Assembly (NCBI GenBank): GCA_965248925.1
Contig: CBDFLE010000005.1
Span: 64,001-128,000 of the forward strand
Origin: Candidatus Multivoradales bacterium
GTDB lineage: Bacteria > Acidobacteriota > Thermoanaerobaculia > Multivoradales > J023
Direction: 5' to 3'
Length of the DNA: 64,000 nucleotides
The notes below the pieces were generated by a model. The model searched no databases. It saw nothing but the letters and a program-made list of their open reading frames with translations, and had not been told where the DNA came from. Position numbers and translations under genes: made by a program. Below are positions 1 through 8,801 of the stretch, piece by piece (positions within the stretch are counted from its first letter, which is position 1; every line of letters starts with the position of its first letter).

Positions 1-1
1 G

Positions 2-52
2 CTGTACTTCAGGAATCGCTATCTTGATCCGGAGATGGGGCGGTTTGTTAGT
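2..52 (+). pseudogene. RHS repeat-associated core fragment (runs off the window start; ends at the IS boundary)
   Basis: Frame 2 reads LYFRNRYLDPEMGRFVS, matching the RHS core motif (YxxxRYYDPxxGRFxSxDP). The expected DP does not follow. Confidence 0.7.
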
Positions 53-284
53 TCTACTTTGTCAGATTACTTAAATTGGTGACGACAAAGGCTTTAACCT
101 GTATTGGCGGCCCCGATGAAGGCCGTCACTAAACCCATGGAGGAACTCATGGCTCAGCTTGAGCCCCCAGTTCCCTAGTCGTTCGGAGATCAGCGATGCC
201 CCAGTTTCCTACCAAAATCTGGGGCGCGAGTTGTGGGATTTTGCCTAGGGCTTTGCCCTTTGTTTCTCTCGCTTTACACGCAGT

Positions 285-1594
285 GTGCTGCCGCAGGCGG
301 GGCAGTATCTTTGCGGCCTAATGCAGGCGCGACGCGCTACCATGCTGCAAATGGCTGAAGTTGTCCCCGATTCCGATTCCCAAGCTTTGCATCACTTCCT
401 GTCGGTGTCGGACTGGGAGAGTCAAAAGGTTATGGACCAGGTTGCTGCGGGAGTCGATGCCGAGCTGGGCGGCACCCTGGATTCGGCACCCTGGATTCGT
501 GCCTGGTTATCGACGAGTCGAGTTTCCCGAAGAAGGGGAAGAAATCTGTCGGGGTGGCCCGGCAATGGTGCGGAACTCGGGGCAAGACCGACAGCTGTCA
601 GGTGGGCGTTTTCGCCAGCCTCGGTCACGGCAATCGCGCGTCCTTGATCGATGCCCGGTTGTACCTGCCCCGCGAGTGGACCAACTCGCCGAAGCGCTGC
701 CGTCAAGCGGGTGTTCCGGAATCGGCACGAACGTTTCAAACCAAGCCGGAATTGGCTCTTGAGATGGTCCACAGAGCGCGGGCTCAGGGCCTTCGCTTTC
801 GTTGGGTTGCCGCTGATGGTGGTTATGGGAACAACCCAGCATTTCTTCAGGGCCTGGACGATGCGGGCGAAGTCTTCGTCATCGATATCCATCGCGATCA
901 ACGCATCTACGCCGAAGACCCGAAGCCGGAGATTCCGACTTCGCCGTCGGGACGTTCTCGCCGACGAGTTACCCAGATGAAACCTATGCGAGTGGATGCT
1001 TGGTTGCCACAGCGGCCGGAGTCGGCTTGGAAGCGGCAGTGGATTCGTCATACGACGAAAGGCGAGTTGCACCTGGATGTGATGCGAGGCATGGTCTGGC
1101 TGTGGGATGGCCGAGAAGCCTCGGCCCGCTGCTGGCACCTGTTGGTGACCCGCGATCCCAGCGATCCTGCGAGCCTGAAATACAGCCTGAGTAATGCACC
1201 CGCTGAAACCCCGGCAGGCCGGCTCGCCCAGATCCAGCGTCAGCGCTACTGGATCGAGCGCACTTTTCAAGACGCCAAGAGAGAGGCCGGAATGGCCGAG
1301 TACCAGGCCCGCAGTTGGAAGGTTTGGCATCACCACATGGCGCTGGTCATGATGGCCCTGCTCTTTCTCCTTCAACAACGCCAGAAACATCAATCGACCC
1401 ACCCTTTGCTCAGCTGTACTGACCTCAAGATCTTGTTGGCCAAGGTCCTACCAAGACGGGATGTTGGCCTTGATGAAGTGCTACATCTCATGGAACAACG
1501 ACATCAGCGACGACAGGCTGCTACTAGGTCCGCTTACCAGAAACGACAGGCGCGAGACGGGACATTTCCCGGCTCTGGGAATCTGACAAAGTAG
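285..1594 (+). pseudogene. IS701-family DDE transposase, frameshifted
   Basis: ORFs 285-647 and 554-1594 join if one copy of a 14-bp duplication (471-498) is removed, giving LVIDESSFPKKGKKSVGVARQWCG. Downstream motifs CQVGV, ADGGYG, RYWIERTFQDAK and YQARSWxxWHHH are IS701-like. Confidence 0.88.
471..498 (+). repeat. 14-bp tandem duplication GGCACCCTGGATTC x2
   Basis: Read directly at 471-484 and 485-498. Confidence 0.95.
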
Positions 1595-1701
1595 AGTTAG
1601 GAGGGAAGGGACCTGCCGGTCGAGGAAGCCTCGCTGATCCAAGAGGTTTGAGTTCCCCAACGATCTCAATTCTCTCCCGGAGACTGGCTATCAGCGGTCT
1701 C

Positions 1702-2658
1702 CTAGTGGGTCACCGGTTGGCCGATGGCTTCGAGGATCGCCACCGCGTTCAGGGCACTGCCGCGGGTCAGGTTGTCCATCACCGCCCAGATCCAATAAGC
1801 GCCATCGCCAGCCGCTTCGACCGCTCCCACCAGCAGCTCCTCACGGCCCGTGGCGTCGAGCGGACCGAGTAGCTCGGGGTCGATGGCGAGGTCGTTGGCC
1901 AGATGCTCGCCCAGGGTTTGGCGCACCGCTTGGGCTCCGGGATCGTCCTCCAGTTCTAGTCGCAAGCTGATGGCGTAGCCGTGGAAAACCCCGGTCTGCA
2001 AAACTTGAACGGAGACCGCTGGTCCCGTGGCCAGGGTGGCCCCGAGTTGGGCTTCGATCCGCTGGCTTGCGGCCGCGGTGGGCAGGATGTTGAACGCCAT
2101 CTGGGCGGGGAAGACCTCACGGTCGGGAGCCCCTTCGAAGGCCAGCAAGCTGCGGGTCTGTGCCAGCACCTCATTGAGCCCCTGCTTGCCGTGGTGTGAC
2201 ACCGAGCGCAGCAAAGTGGCTACCGCGATTCGCGGTCGCCAGTCAGCGAGGGGGTGCAGCAGATGAGCCAGGGCAATAGTTGCCGGATCGGGGCTGAGCA
2301 GGCGCTGGCTTGGGTCGGCCTGATCGAGGTTGACGCCATCGATGATCGGCTGGCCGTCATCAAGCTCGGCATCCAAAGACAAGACGATGGCGGTGGCTCC
2401 TGGCGATAGCTTGGAGAAGAGTGGCCGACAGTCCGCGATCGGGCCGCAGAAGAACACAATGTCAGCACGGGCGAGCAAAACGTCGTCGACAGGCTGCACA
2501 ACTTTTGCCGTACCGCGAGATTCGCTCAGCGTGCCAATGACATCTTCGTCGGCGGACAACAGGTCGAGTTCTTGCCACAGTTCCTGCCGCCGATCCAACG
2601 TTTGCTGCAACTCGGTGGCTTCGAAGCCAGCGGGGTTGACGATAGCTAATCTGGTCAA
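1702..2658 (-). CDS. Aspartate-semialdehyde dehydrogenase-like (Asd/Usg) protein, probably non-catalytic
   Basis: Asd-like motifs ADIVFF, FPAQMAFNILP, GVFHG and WAVMDNLTRGSALNAV. The catalytic NPNC motif is replaced by SPDP. Confidence 0.8.
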   Translation of the reverse strand: MTRLAIVNPAGFEATELQQTLDRRQELWQELDLLSADEDVIGTLSESRGTAKVVQPVDDVLLARADIVFFCGPIADCRPLFSKLSPGATAIVLSLDAELDDGQPIIDGVNLDQADPSQRLLSPDPATIALAHLLHPLADWRPRIAVATLLRSVSHHGKQGLNEVLAQTRSLLAFEGAPDREVFPAQMAFNILPTAAASQRIEAQLGATLATGPAVSVQVLQTGVFHGYAISLRLELEDDPGAQAVRQTLGEHLANDLAIDPELLGPLDATGREELLVGAVEAAGDGAYWIWAVMDNLTRGSALNAVAILEAIGQPVTH

Positions 2659-3434
2659 GGGGCGGCCTCACGTGTATCTAGCTCAGCAGAAGTTTCGGGC
2701 GGGCGTCGGCGCAGTCGGCGCAGCACCCAGCCGAGGGGGCCGCTGCCGACGTATAGTACCGCCGCGACGAGAAAAAAGGCGGGCGGGTCATAGGCCGTAA
2801 TCAGCAGAATAGCCGCTAGCGGCAGCCCCGCCCGGTAGCTCCAGCGCTGCCGCAGGTCAAATTTCTTGAAGCTGGCGAAACGGAAAGTCGAGATCATCAG
2901 CAGGCCGAGGGTCAGCAGCAGCACCATCACCAGGGCACCGTACCAGGACTGGCTGGCGCTATTGGGTGCAAAAAACAGCACTGAGCCGACCGACCCGGCG
3001 GCTGCCGGGGTCGGCAAGCCGACGAAGTAGCGGCTTTCGCTGCCGCTGGTTTGCACGTTGTAGCGCGCCAGGCGGACGGCGGTGCAGACCAGGAAGAACA
3101 GCGGTATCAGCCAACCAGCGCGACCGAACTTTTCGAGTCCCCAGAGGTAGCTCAACAAAGCCGGAGCAGCGCCGAAGGTCAGCACGTCGGCCAGCGAGTC
3201 GAATTCGCGGCCGAAGTCGCTCTCAGTTTGGGTCATGCGCGCGATACGGCCGTCGAGGCCATCTATCACCCCAGCGCAGAGCAGCATCAAGACCGCGGTT
3301 TTGAAGTCGCCGCGCAAGCCGCAGACCACGGCGTAAAAACCGAGCATGATGTTGCCCATGGTGAACAGGCTGGGAAGCAAATACGCCCCGCGACGTAGAC
3401 GGTGGCGGACCCGCTGCCGGGAAGCGCGGCTCAT
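2655..3434 (-). CDS. pssA: CDP-diacylglycerol--serine O-phosphatidyltransferase
   Basis: LLPSLFT, DGLDGRIAR, FGREFDSLAD, RLARYN and YFVGLP motifs. Start placed at ATG 3434 (MSRASRQ). Confidence 0.92.
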   Translation of the reverse strand: MSRASRQRVRHRLRRGAYLLPSLFTMGNIMLGFYAVVCGLRGDFKTAVLMLLCAGVIDGLDGRIARMTQTESDFGREFDSLADVLTFGAAPALLSYLWGLEKFGRAGWLIPLFFLVCTAVRLARYNVQTSGSESRYFVGLPTPAAAGSVGSVLFFAPNSASQSWYGALVMVLLLTLGLLMISTFRFASFKKFDLRQRWSYRAGLPLAAILLITAYDPPAFFLVAAVLYVGSGPLGWVLRRLRRRPPETSAELDTREAAP

Positions 3435-3568
3435 GGTGATCGTCCTCGGGTTCTGAGTGAGTGTCGCGAAGATCGCAATTGCGGCCGTGGCAGAGGCTGC
3501 TGAGAACAGCTCGATCGGCCACCAAGCCGGTGCCGCCAGCCTAGCACGGGACCCGCGGGCTGCTTGAA

Positions 3569-3627
3569 GCCGGGGCTCAAAATGACAGAGGAGGCAATGA
3601 GCCTCCTCTGTCATTTTGAGCCCCGGC
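3569..3627. repeat. Perfect 27-bp inverted repeat with 5-nt loop (hairpin)
   Basis: GCCGGGGCTCAAAATGACAGAGGAGGC (3569-3595) and its exact reverse complement (3601-3627). Confidence 0.9.
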
Positions 3628-3683
3628 GCCCGCTAGTGGCTAACGGCGCAGACTGAATTGCCTGCACAGTCTGGAGAGAGTCC

Positions 3684-3920
3684 TCAGGCAGGTGCTGCCA
3701 CTTGGTGGCGGTGGGCGTCGATGATCAGCGCCATCTGGTCTTTCAGACGGAGCTTCTCGACCTTGATTCGCTTGATCTCGACCTCGGCTTCTTCGGAGTG
3801 GAGGTTCTCGAGGCGGATTTCGCTCAGGTGCTGTTTGTGCGCCTGGTGAGTTTCGAACAGGCGGCGAAAATTCTCATCCGTTTTGAGCAACTCCTCTTTC
3901 AGCGAATCGGTCTGCTGCAT
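3684..3920 (-). CDS. YdcH/DUF465 family small coiled-coil protein
   Basis: 78 aa with FRRLFETH...EIKRIKVEKLRLKDQM. RBS AGGAGG upstream. Confidence 0.85.
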   Translation of the reverse strand: MQQTDSLKEELLKTDENFRRLFETHQAHKQHLSEIRLENLHSEEAEVEIKRIKVEKLRLKDQMALIIDAHRHQVAAPA

Positions 3921-4116
3921 GTCGGCTCCTCCTTGTGGTCCGGGGGGTCAGGTTTCTTCCGGCGACGTTTCGAGGTGCCCGCCCAGTTGGCACGGCAATG
4001 CCAGCCGGCCGCGCGGGCGGACGACGAAACCCGCTCCGACAGCCCACCGATCCACCGCTTGGTGGAGGGCTTTCGGAACGACTTTCACGAAGACGAATTT
4101 CATTCTGAATAGCAGC

Positions 4117-4145
4117 ATTGTAGCATCGGCCGGCGAGGTCGGCAA
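4117..4145 (-). promoter_or_regulatory. Sigma70-like promoter upstream of the DUF465 gene
   Basis: Minus strand TTGCCG-N17-TACAAT with an extended TGn -10. Confidence 0.5.
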
Positions 4146-4221
4146 GCAGTAGCTCGATCGGATTTGGTGTTCGCAAGTGGCTGTTTTCATACCTTTAACA
4201 CCTGCCTTTTCCCGTCTCTAC

Positions 4222-4251
4222 CAATGGGTCGGACAACAATGGGTCGGACAA
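4222..4251 (+). repeat. 15-bp tandem duplication CAATGGGTCGGACAA x2
   Basis: Read directly, just downstream of the tsaB stop. Confidence 0.9.
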
Positions 4252-4259
4252 AGAGTTTT

Positions 4260-4964
4260 CTAGCCGGCTGGCGCCGGGTGCTGACCGATGGCGTTGGGCA
4301 GGGTGACGGCGGGAGGGCGGAAGTAGATTGGCTGCAACAGGCGGGCATTGGCCCAGGGCTTCGCCAGGGTGGCCGCCAAGCGGGCGGCAGTTGCCGCCAG
4401 CGGCGGCGGCTCGAGCAGCTCGGCGCCGCCCGGCCAGGCAGAATCCTCGGCCAGCCGGGTGATACCAAAACCGATCAGCCGGGGGTGCTTGGCGAGTTCG
4501 GCGGCGCTAGCTAGAAAGCGATTGCCACAGGCTCGCGGCTGCTCTCTCCCGAGTTCGAAACGGCGTCCGCACCACTCGCCCCGCAGTGCATCGACCACCG
4601 CAGTGATCTGCCCCTCGGTAAAGCCGCTAGAGGCGGCCAGCACTTGCAGGCTCGACAGCGCCGTCGCCGCGATGCCAGTCGCCTGGTGCAGGCCGAGGGC
4701 GGTGGCTAGGGCGATGCGCAAGCCAGTGAAGCTACCTGGACCTTGAAGTGCCACCAGACCGCCGAGATCGGCGCGGGCGATCTCGGCCTCGGCCAATACC
4801 TGGTCGATCGAATCGAGGAGCAGCTCAGAGGAGCGTCGCAGCTCCAGGTGGCACTCTGCCAGCACCCGCTGACCGTGAGCAACGGCGACGCTGACCACGG
4901 GTGAAGCACTGTCGAAGGCGAGGATTGGCGATGGGTTTAGAGGAGGTTTCACGGGAGATTCCAA
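4260..4964 (-). CDS. tsaB: tRNA threonylcarbamoyladenosine biosynthesis protein TsaB
   Basis: ILAFDSAS, GPGSFTGLRI, DALRGE and PIYFR motifs. Start uncertain. Confidence 0.9.
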   Translation of the reverse strand: MESPVKPPLNPSPILAFDSASPVVSVAVAHGQRVLAECHLELRRSSELLLDSIDQVLAEAEIARADLGGLVALQGPGSFTGLRIALATALGLHQATGIAATALSSLQVLAASSGFTEGQITAVVDALRGEWCGRRFELGREQPRACGNRFLASAAELAKHPRLIGFGITRLAEDSAWPGGAELLEPPPLAATAARLAATLAKPWANARLLQPIYFRPPAVTLPNAIGQHPAPAG

Positions 4965-5196
4965 AGGCAGGTGGATTGCGGGTTAGGACGCTTCAGTGCC
5001 GAGCCTACTCCTTCGCTGGGCAAACAGCGAGGGAGGGAGTCTGAGGCGAGGAACAGCGGCGCGAGTCCTGGAGTGGGGCGGCAGAATCCGCTAGTGTGCG
5101 CGGGTCGCCCGCCCCGCTGGTTTGGGGCTCCGCAGAATTCCTGCTGTCGTCGCCTGCTGAGACTGGCGGCAACAGCAAGCATCCAGAGCACTATCG

Positions 5197-6687
5197 ATGT
5201 CCGAGCTTGACAATCAAATCGCCGTCCGCCGCCAGAAGCTCGAAGATCTTCGAGCGGCGGGAATCAACCCTTATCCCCACCGCTTCGATCACGATGCGGA
5301 CACCACTACTGTCCATGCCGAGCATGGCGACAAGAGCGCCGAGGAACTGGTCGAAGCACCGATCCACTTGCGGGTTCCAGGCCGGGTGATGGCGGTGCGC
5401 AAACAGGGCAAGCTGTACTTCGCCGACCTCACCGATGGCAAGCAGAAATTGCAGCTTTTCTTGCGCAAGAACAATCTCTCGGAGGCCGATTGGGAGCTGC
5501 TTGGCAATCTCGACATTGGCGATTATCTCGGGGTCGAGGGAGTGTTGATGCGTACCCGGATGGGTGAACTCAGCCTGGCCGGCGAGCGGCTAACGCTGCT
5601 GTCCAAGTCGCTGCGGCCGTTGCCGGAGAAATGGAGCGGACTCAAGGACGTCAACCTGCGCTACCGCCAGCGCTATGTCGATTTGATCGTCAACCCGGAG
5701 TCGCGCCAAGTCTTCGAAGTGCGGGCAGCAATCGTCCGCTATCTGCGACGATTCCTCGATCAGCGTGGTTTTCTCGAAGTCGAGACGCCGATGATGCAGC
5801 CCATCCCCGGCGGCGCCACGGCGCGGCCCTTCGTCACGCATCACAACGCTTTGGACATGGAACTCTACCTGCGGGTGGCGCCGGAGCTCTATCTCAAGCG
5901 GCTGCTGGTGGGCGGCATCGCGCGGGTCTACGAAATCAATCGCAACTTTCGCAACGAGGGCATTTCGACCCAGCACAATCCCGAGTTCACCATGCTCGAG
6001 TTCTACTGGGCCTATGTTGACTACAGCGACCTGATGGACCTCACCGAAGAGATGCTCGGCGGCCTGGCGGAGGAGATTCTCGGCAGCACCAAGATCTCTT
6101 GGAGAGACGGCACGGTCGACTTCGCCCGTCCCTGGAAGCGTTACACCATGCGCCAGGCGGCGGTGGAGTTGGGCGGTGTCGACGAAGCTGCTTTGGCTGA
6201 TTGTGACAGCTTGGCCACCGAACTCAAGCGGCGCCAGTTGGAGATCCCCAAAGCGCGCGACTACGGCCACCTGCTAATGGCTCTGTTCGAAGCCACCGCC
6301 GAAGAGCACCTGATACAGCCGACCTTCATCACCGAGCATCCGGTGGAGGTTTCGCCCCTCTCGAAGCAGAAACCCGACGATCCGGCCTTCACCGAGCGCT
6401 TCGAGTTGTACATCGGCGGCATGGAGATCGCCAACGCCTTCAGCGAACTCAATGACCCCGATGTGCAGGCTGAGCGCTTTCGCCAGCAGGTGGCGGCCCG
6501 TGATGCGGGCGACGACGAGGCCCACGTTTTCGACCACGACTACGTGCGCGCCCTGGAGCACGCGATGCCGCCGGCAGGTGGAGAAGGGGTCGGCATCGAT
6601 CGGCTGACCATGCTGCTGACTGGCAGCACGTCGATCCGCGATGTCATCCTCTTCCCCTTACTTCGACCGCAGGCCGACCCGCGTTGA
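5197..6687 (+). CDS. lysS: Lysine--tRNA ligase (class II)
   Basis: RYRQRYVDL, GGATARPF, FRNEGISTQHNPEFT and GIDRL motifs. Confidence 0.98.
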   Translation: MSELDNQIAVRRQKLEDLRAAGINPYPHRFDHDADTTTVHAEHGDKSAEELVEAPIHLRVPGRVMAVRKQGKLYFADLTDGKQKLQLFLRKNNLSEADWELLGNLDIGDYLGVEGVLMRTRMGELSLAGERLTLLSKSLRPLPEKWSGLKDVNLRYRQRYVDLIVNPESRQVFEVRAAIVRYLRRFLDQRGFLEVETPMMQPIPGGATARPFVTHHNALDMELYLRVAPELYLKRLLVGGIARVYEINRNFRNEGISTQHNPEFTMLEFYWAYVDYSDLMDLTEEMLGGLAEEILGSTKISWRDGTVDFARPWKRYTMRQAAVELGGVDEAALADCDSLATELKRRQLEIPKARDYGHLLMALFEATAEEHLIQPTFITEHPVEVSPLSKQKPDDPAFTERFELYIGGMEIANAFSELNDPDVQAERFRQQVAARDAGDDEAHVFDHDYVRALEHAMPPAGGEGVGIDRLTMLLTGSTSIRDVILFPLLRPQADPR

Positions 6688-7931
6688 ACTCGGCGCCGGC
6701 AGCGACCGTCCAGCGACTGACGGCGAGGCGGGTGTCGTGGCAGCATCGTCTGCCCCTGCCAGCCACCTTGGCGTTGCGTTTCCTGCGCTCGGCTCGGCGC
6801 GACGCTTACGTCAGTTTCCTCGGTCTGCTGGCCTTCGGTGGCGTCGCTCTCGGGGTGGCGGCGATGGTGCTGGTGTTGGCAGCCCTGTCGGGCTTGCAGA
6901 CCTTCCTGCGCCAGGACGTAATGGCCCGCACGCCGCATTTGGAGATCGAGTTGCCGGCGACCATTGCTGGCACCGCCCTCGACCCCGACGACTTGCTGGC
7001 CGAGCTAAAAGCAGTGGATGGTGTCGTCGAGGCGCACCGGATCTTGCGCGGCCGTGGTTGGGTGCTGGCCGACGGCTCACCGCAGTCGGTCAAGCTGGTG
7101 GGTTTCGCCGGCAGTCTGCCGCGATTCTTCGCTGACGCCACCGACCGCGCCGAAGGACTCTACCTCAGCGACCGCTTGGCCACCATTTGGGGCCTGTTGC
7201 CCGGCGACACAGTGCAAGTAGTGTCGCCCCGGCCGACCCTGACTCCCCTCGGCCCCCAACCGCGCATCCACCGCCTACGCCTGGCCGGCACCTTCGCTAT
7301 CGGCCAGACCGAAGACAGCGAGCAGCGCCTGGCCCTGCCGATCGGCATCGCTCGCCGGCTGTTGGGCGATACCACTGAGCGGCTAGAGCTGCGCGCCGAG
7401 GGCTTTGACCAAGCCTTGGCCCTGGCCGCGCCGCTGCGCCAGCTGCTGCCCGCCGGTAGCCGGCTGCGCACCTGGAGCGAGCTCAATCGGCCCTTGTTCT
7501 TCGCCCTGCGGCTAGAGAAGTCGCTGATGTTCGTCTCTCTTTTTCTGATCGTGCCGGTGGCGGGGATGGCCTTGGTGACCGTGCTGGCGCTACTGATCTC
7601 CAGCAAGCGGGCCGAGATTGGCATGTTGCAGGCGATGGGATTCGACAAAGACAGCGTGCGGCGAGTCTTCCTCCTGCTGGGCAGTGGTCTGGCGCTCGGC
7701 GGTCTGCTAGCTGGCGGTTTGTTGGGAATCGTTGGCGCAGGCTTGCTCGATCGCTTCAAAGTCCTATCGCCGCCGGGTGATGTCTATTACTTGCAACACA
7801 TCCCCTTCCAAATACAGGCGGGCGACTTATTGGCCATCACCCTATCGACCGGCCTGCTCACCCTGACTTCCACCTACTGGGCGGCTCGCCGCGCCGCCGC
7901 CCTGCGACCGGTCGAGGCATTACGGCGATGA
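6684..7931 (+). CDS. lolE: Lipoprotein-releasing ABC transporter permease (LolC/E, FtsX-like)
   Basis: GVALGVAAMVLVLA, W..LNRPLFFALRLEK, KRAEIGML, VYYL..IP and LRPVEALR motifs. Adjacent to lolD. Confidence 0.85.
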   Translation: MNSAPAATVQRLTARRVSWQHRLPLPATLALRFLRSARRDAYVSFLGLLAFGGVALGVAAMVLVLAALSGLQTFLRQDVMARTPHLEIELPATIAGTALDPDDLLAELKAVDGVVEAHRILRGRGWVLADGSPQSVKLVGFAGSLPRFFADATDRAEGLYLSDRLATIWGLLPGDTVQVVSPRPTLTPLGPQPRIHRLRLAGTFAIGQTEDSEQRLALPIGIARRLLGDTTERLELRAEGFDQALALAAPLRQLLPAGSRLRTWSELNRPLFFALRLEKSLMFVSLFLIVPVAGMALVTVLALLISSKRAEIGMLQAMGFDKDSVRRVFLLLGSGLALGGLLAGGLLGIVGAGLLDRFKVLSPPGDVYYLQHIPFQIQAGDLLAITLSTGLLTLTSTYWAARRAAALRPVEALRR

Positions 7932-7938
7932 TCGGAGC

Positions 7939-8625
7939 TTGGCGATGAGCGTCACCCTAAGCGCTCGCGGCCTGGAGAAGTCCTACCGCGACGGTGCTCG
8001 CCAGGTGCGAGTGTTGCGCGGCATCAATCTCGACGCCGCCCCCGGTGAAGCCCTGGCCATTGTCGGCCCCTCGGGCTCCGGCAAAAGCACCTTGCTGCAC
8101 CTGCTCGGCGGCCTCGACTCCCCCGACGCCGGCACAGTGGAGATCGGCGGCCGCATGCTCGGCGACCTCGATGGCGCGGCCTTGGCCAAGTTTCGCAACC
8201 GCACCCTGGGTTTCGTCTTCCAATTCCACCAACTATTGCCTGACTTCGACGCCGTCGAAAACGTCATGATGCCCGGCCGCATCGCCGGCCAGGACCCTAA
8301 CCAAGTCCACCGGCACGCCTGCCAGTTGCTCGAAGAAGTTGGCCTGGGCGAGCGCCTCGACCACTTCCCCAACCAGCTTTCGGGCGGCGAACGCCAGCGC
8401 GTCGCCATCTGCCGTGCCCTGCTGCTCGAACCCCCTCTCTTGCTCGCGGACGAGCCCACCGGCAACCTCGATCCCGAAAGTGCCGAACAGGTCTTCGCCC
8501 TGTTGCTCGACCTGCAACACCGCCACCAGACCACCACCGTGTTGGTGACCCACAACCCCACCCTGGCCGCCCGTTGCGATCGCGTGCTACGGCTTGATGG
8601 GGGAGTGCTGCAGGACGCTGGTTGA
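7939..8625 (+). CDS. lolD: Lipoprotein-releasing ABC ATPase
   Basis: GPSGSGKST, FRNRTLGFVFQFHQLL, LSGGERQR and DEPTGNLD motifs. Confidence 0.9.
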   Translation: MAMSVTLSARGLEKSYRDGARQVRVLRGINLDAAPGEALAIVGPSGSGKSTLLHLLGGLDSPDAGTVEIGGRMLGDLDGAALAKFRNRTLGFVFQFHQLLPDFDAVENVMMPGRIAGQDPNQVHRHACQLLEEVGLGERLDHFPNQLSGGERQRVAICRALLLEPPLLLADEPTGNLDPESAEQVFALLLDLQHRHQTTTVLVTHNPTLAARCDRVLRLDGGVLQDAG

Positions 8626-8643
8626 GACGCATGCCGTGGCCAG

Positions 8644-8704
8644 GATTGATAGCCTGGTTGGGTGAATGCGACCAAGAAAGCTCACCAGCAGCGCGCCGCC
8701 GACC
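8644..8704 (+). repeat. Copy 1 of a 61-bp imperfect direct repeat (copy 2 at 11276-11336)
   Basis: Ungapped hand alignment gives 50/61 identities, including a shared CCAGCAGCGCGCCGCCGACC. Confidence 0.8.
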
Positions 8705-8724
8705 CTTTGGGACGGCCCGACGAC

Positions 8725-8757
8725 CTTGTAGTGGCGCACGACGTGCGCCACTACAAG
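8725..8757. repeat. Perfect 16-bp palindrome (GTAG-REP-like, or bidirectional terminator) between convergent genes
   Basis: CTTGTAGTGGCGCACG-A-CGTGCGCCACTACAAG. Confidence 0.75.
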
Positions 8758-8801
8758 ATTCGAGAACCGTGAGCCGGGTAGCCTCGTGGTTCGTCGGCCG
8801 G

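Larger units (their letters stand above)
54..1594 (+). mobile_element. IS701-family insertion sequence, 1541 bp
   Basis: Perfect 15-bp terminal inverted repeats CTACTTTGTCAGATT (54-68) and AATCTGACAAAGTAG (1580-1594). Flanking 4-bp direct repeat AGTT at 50-53 and 1595-1598. Encodes a DDE transposase. Confidence 0.92.

Noticed and set aside
3988-4003. Sigma54-like TGGCACGGCAATGC
   Set aside because: GG-to-GC spacing is one base short and it points antisense to the local genes.
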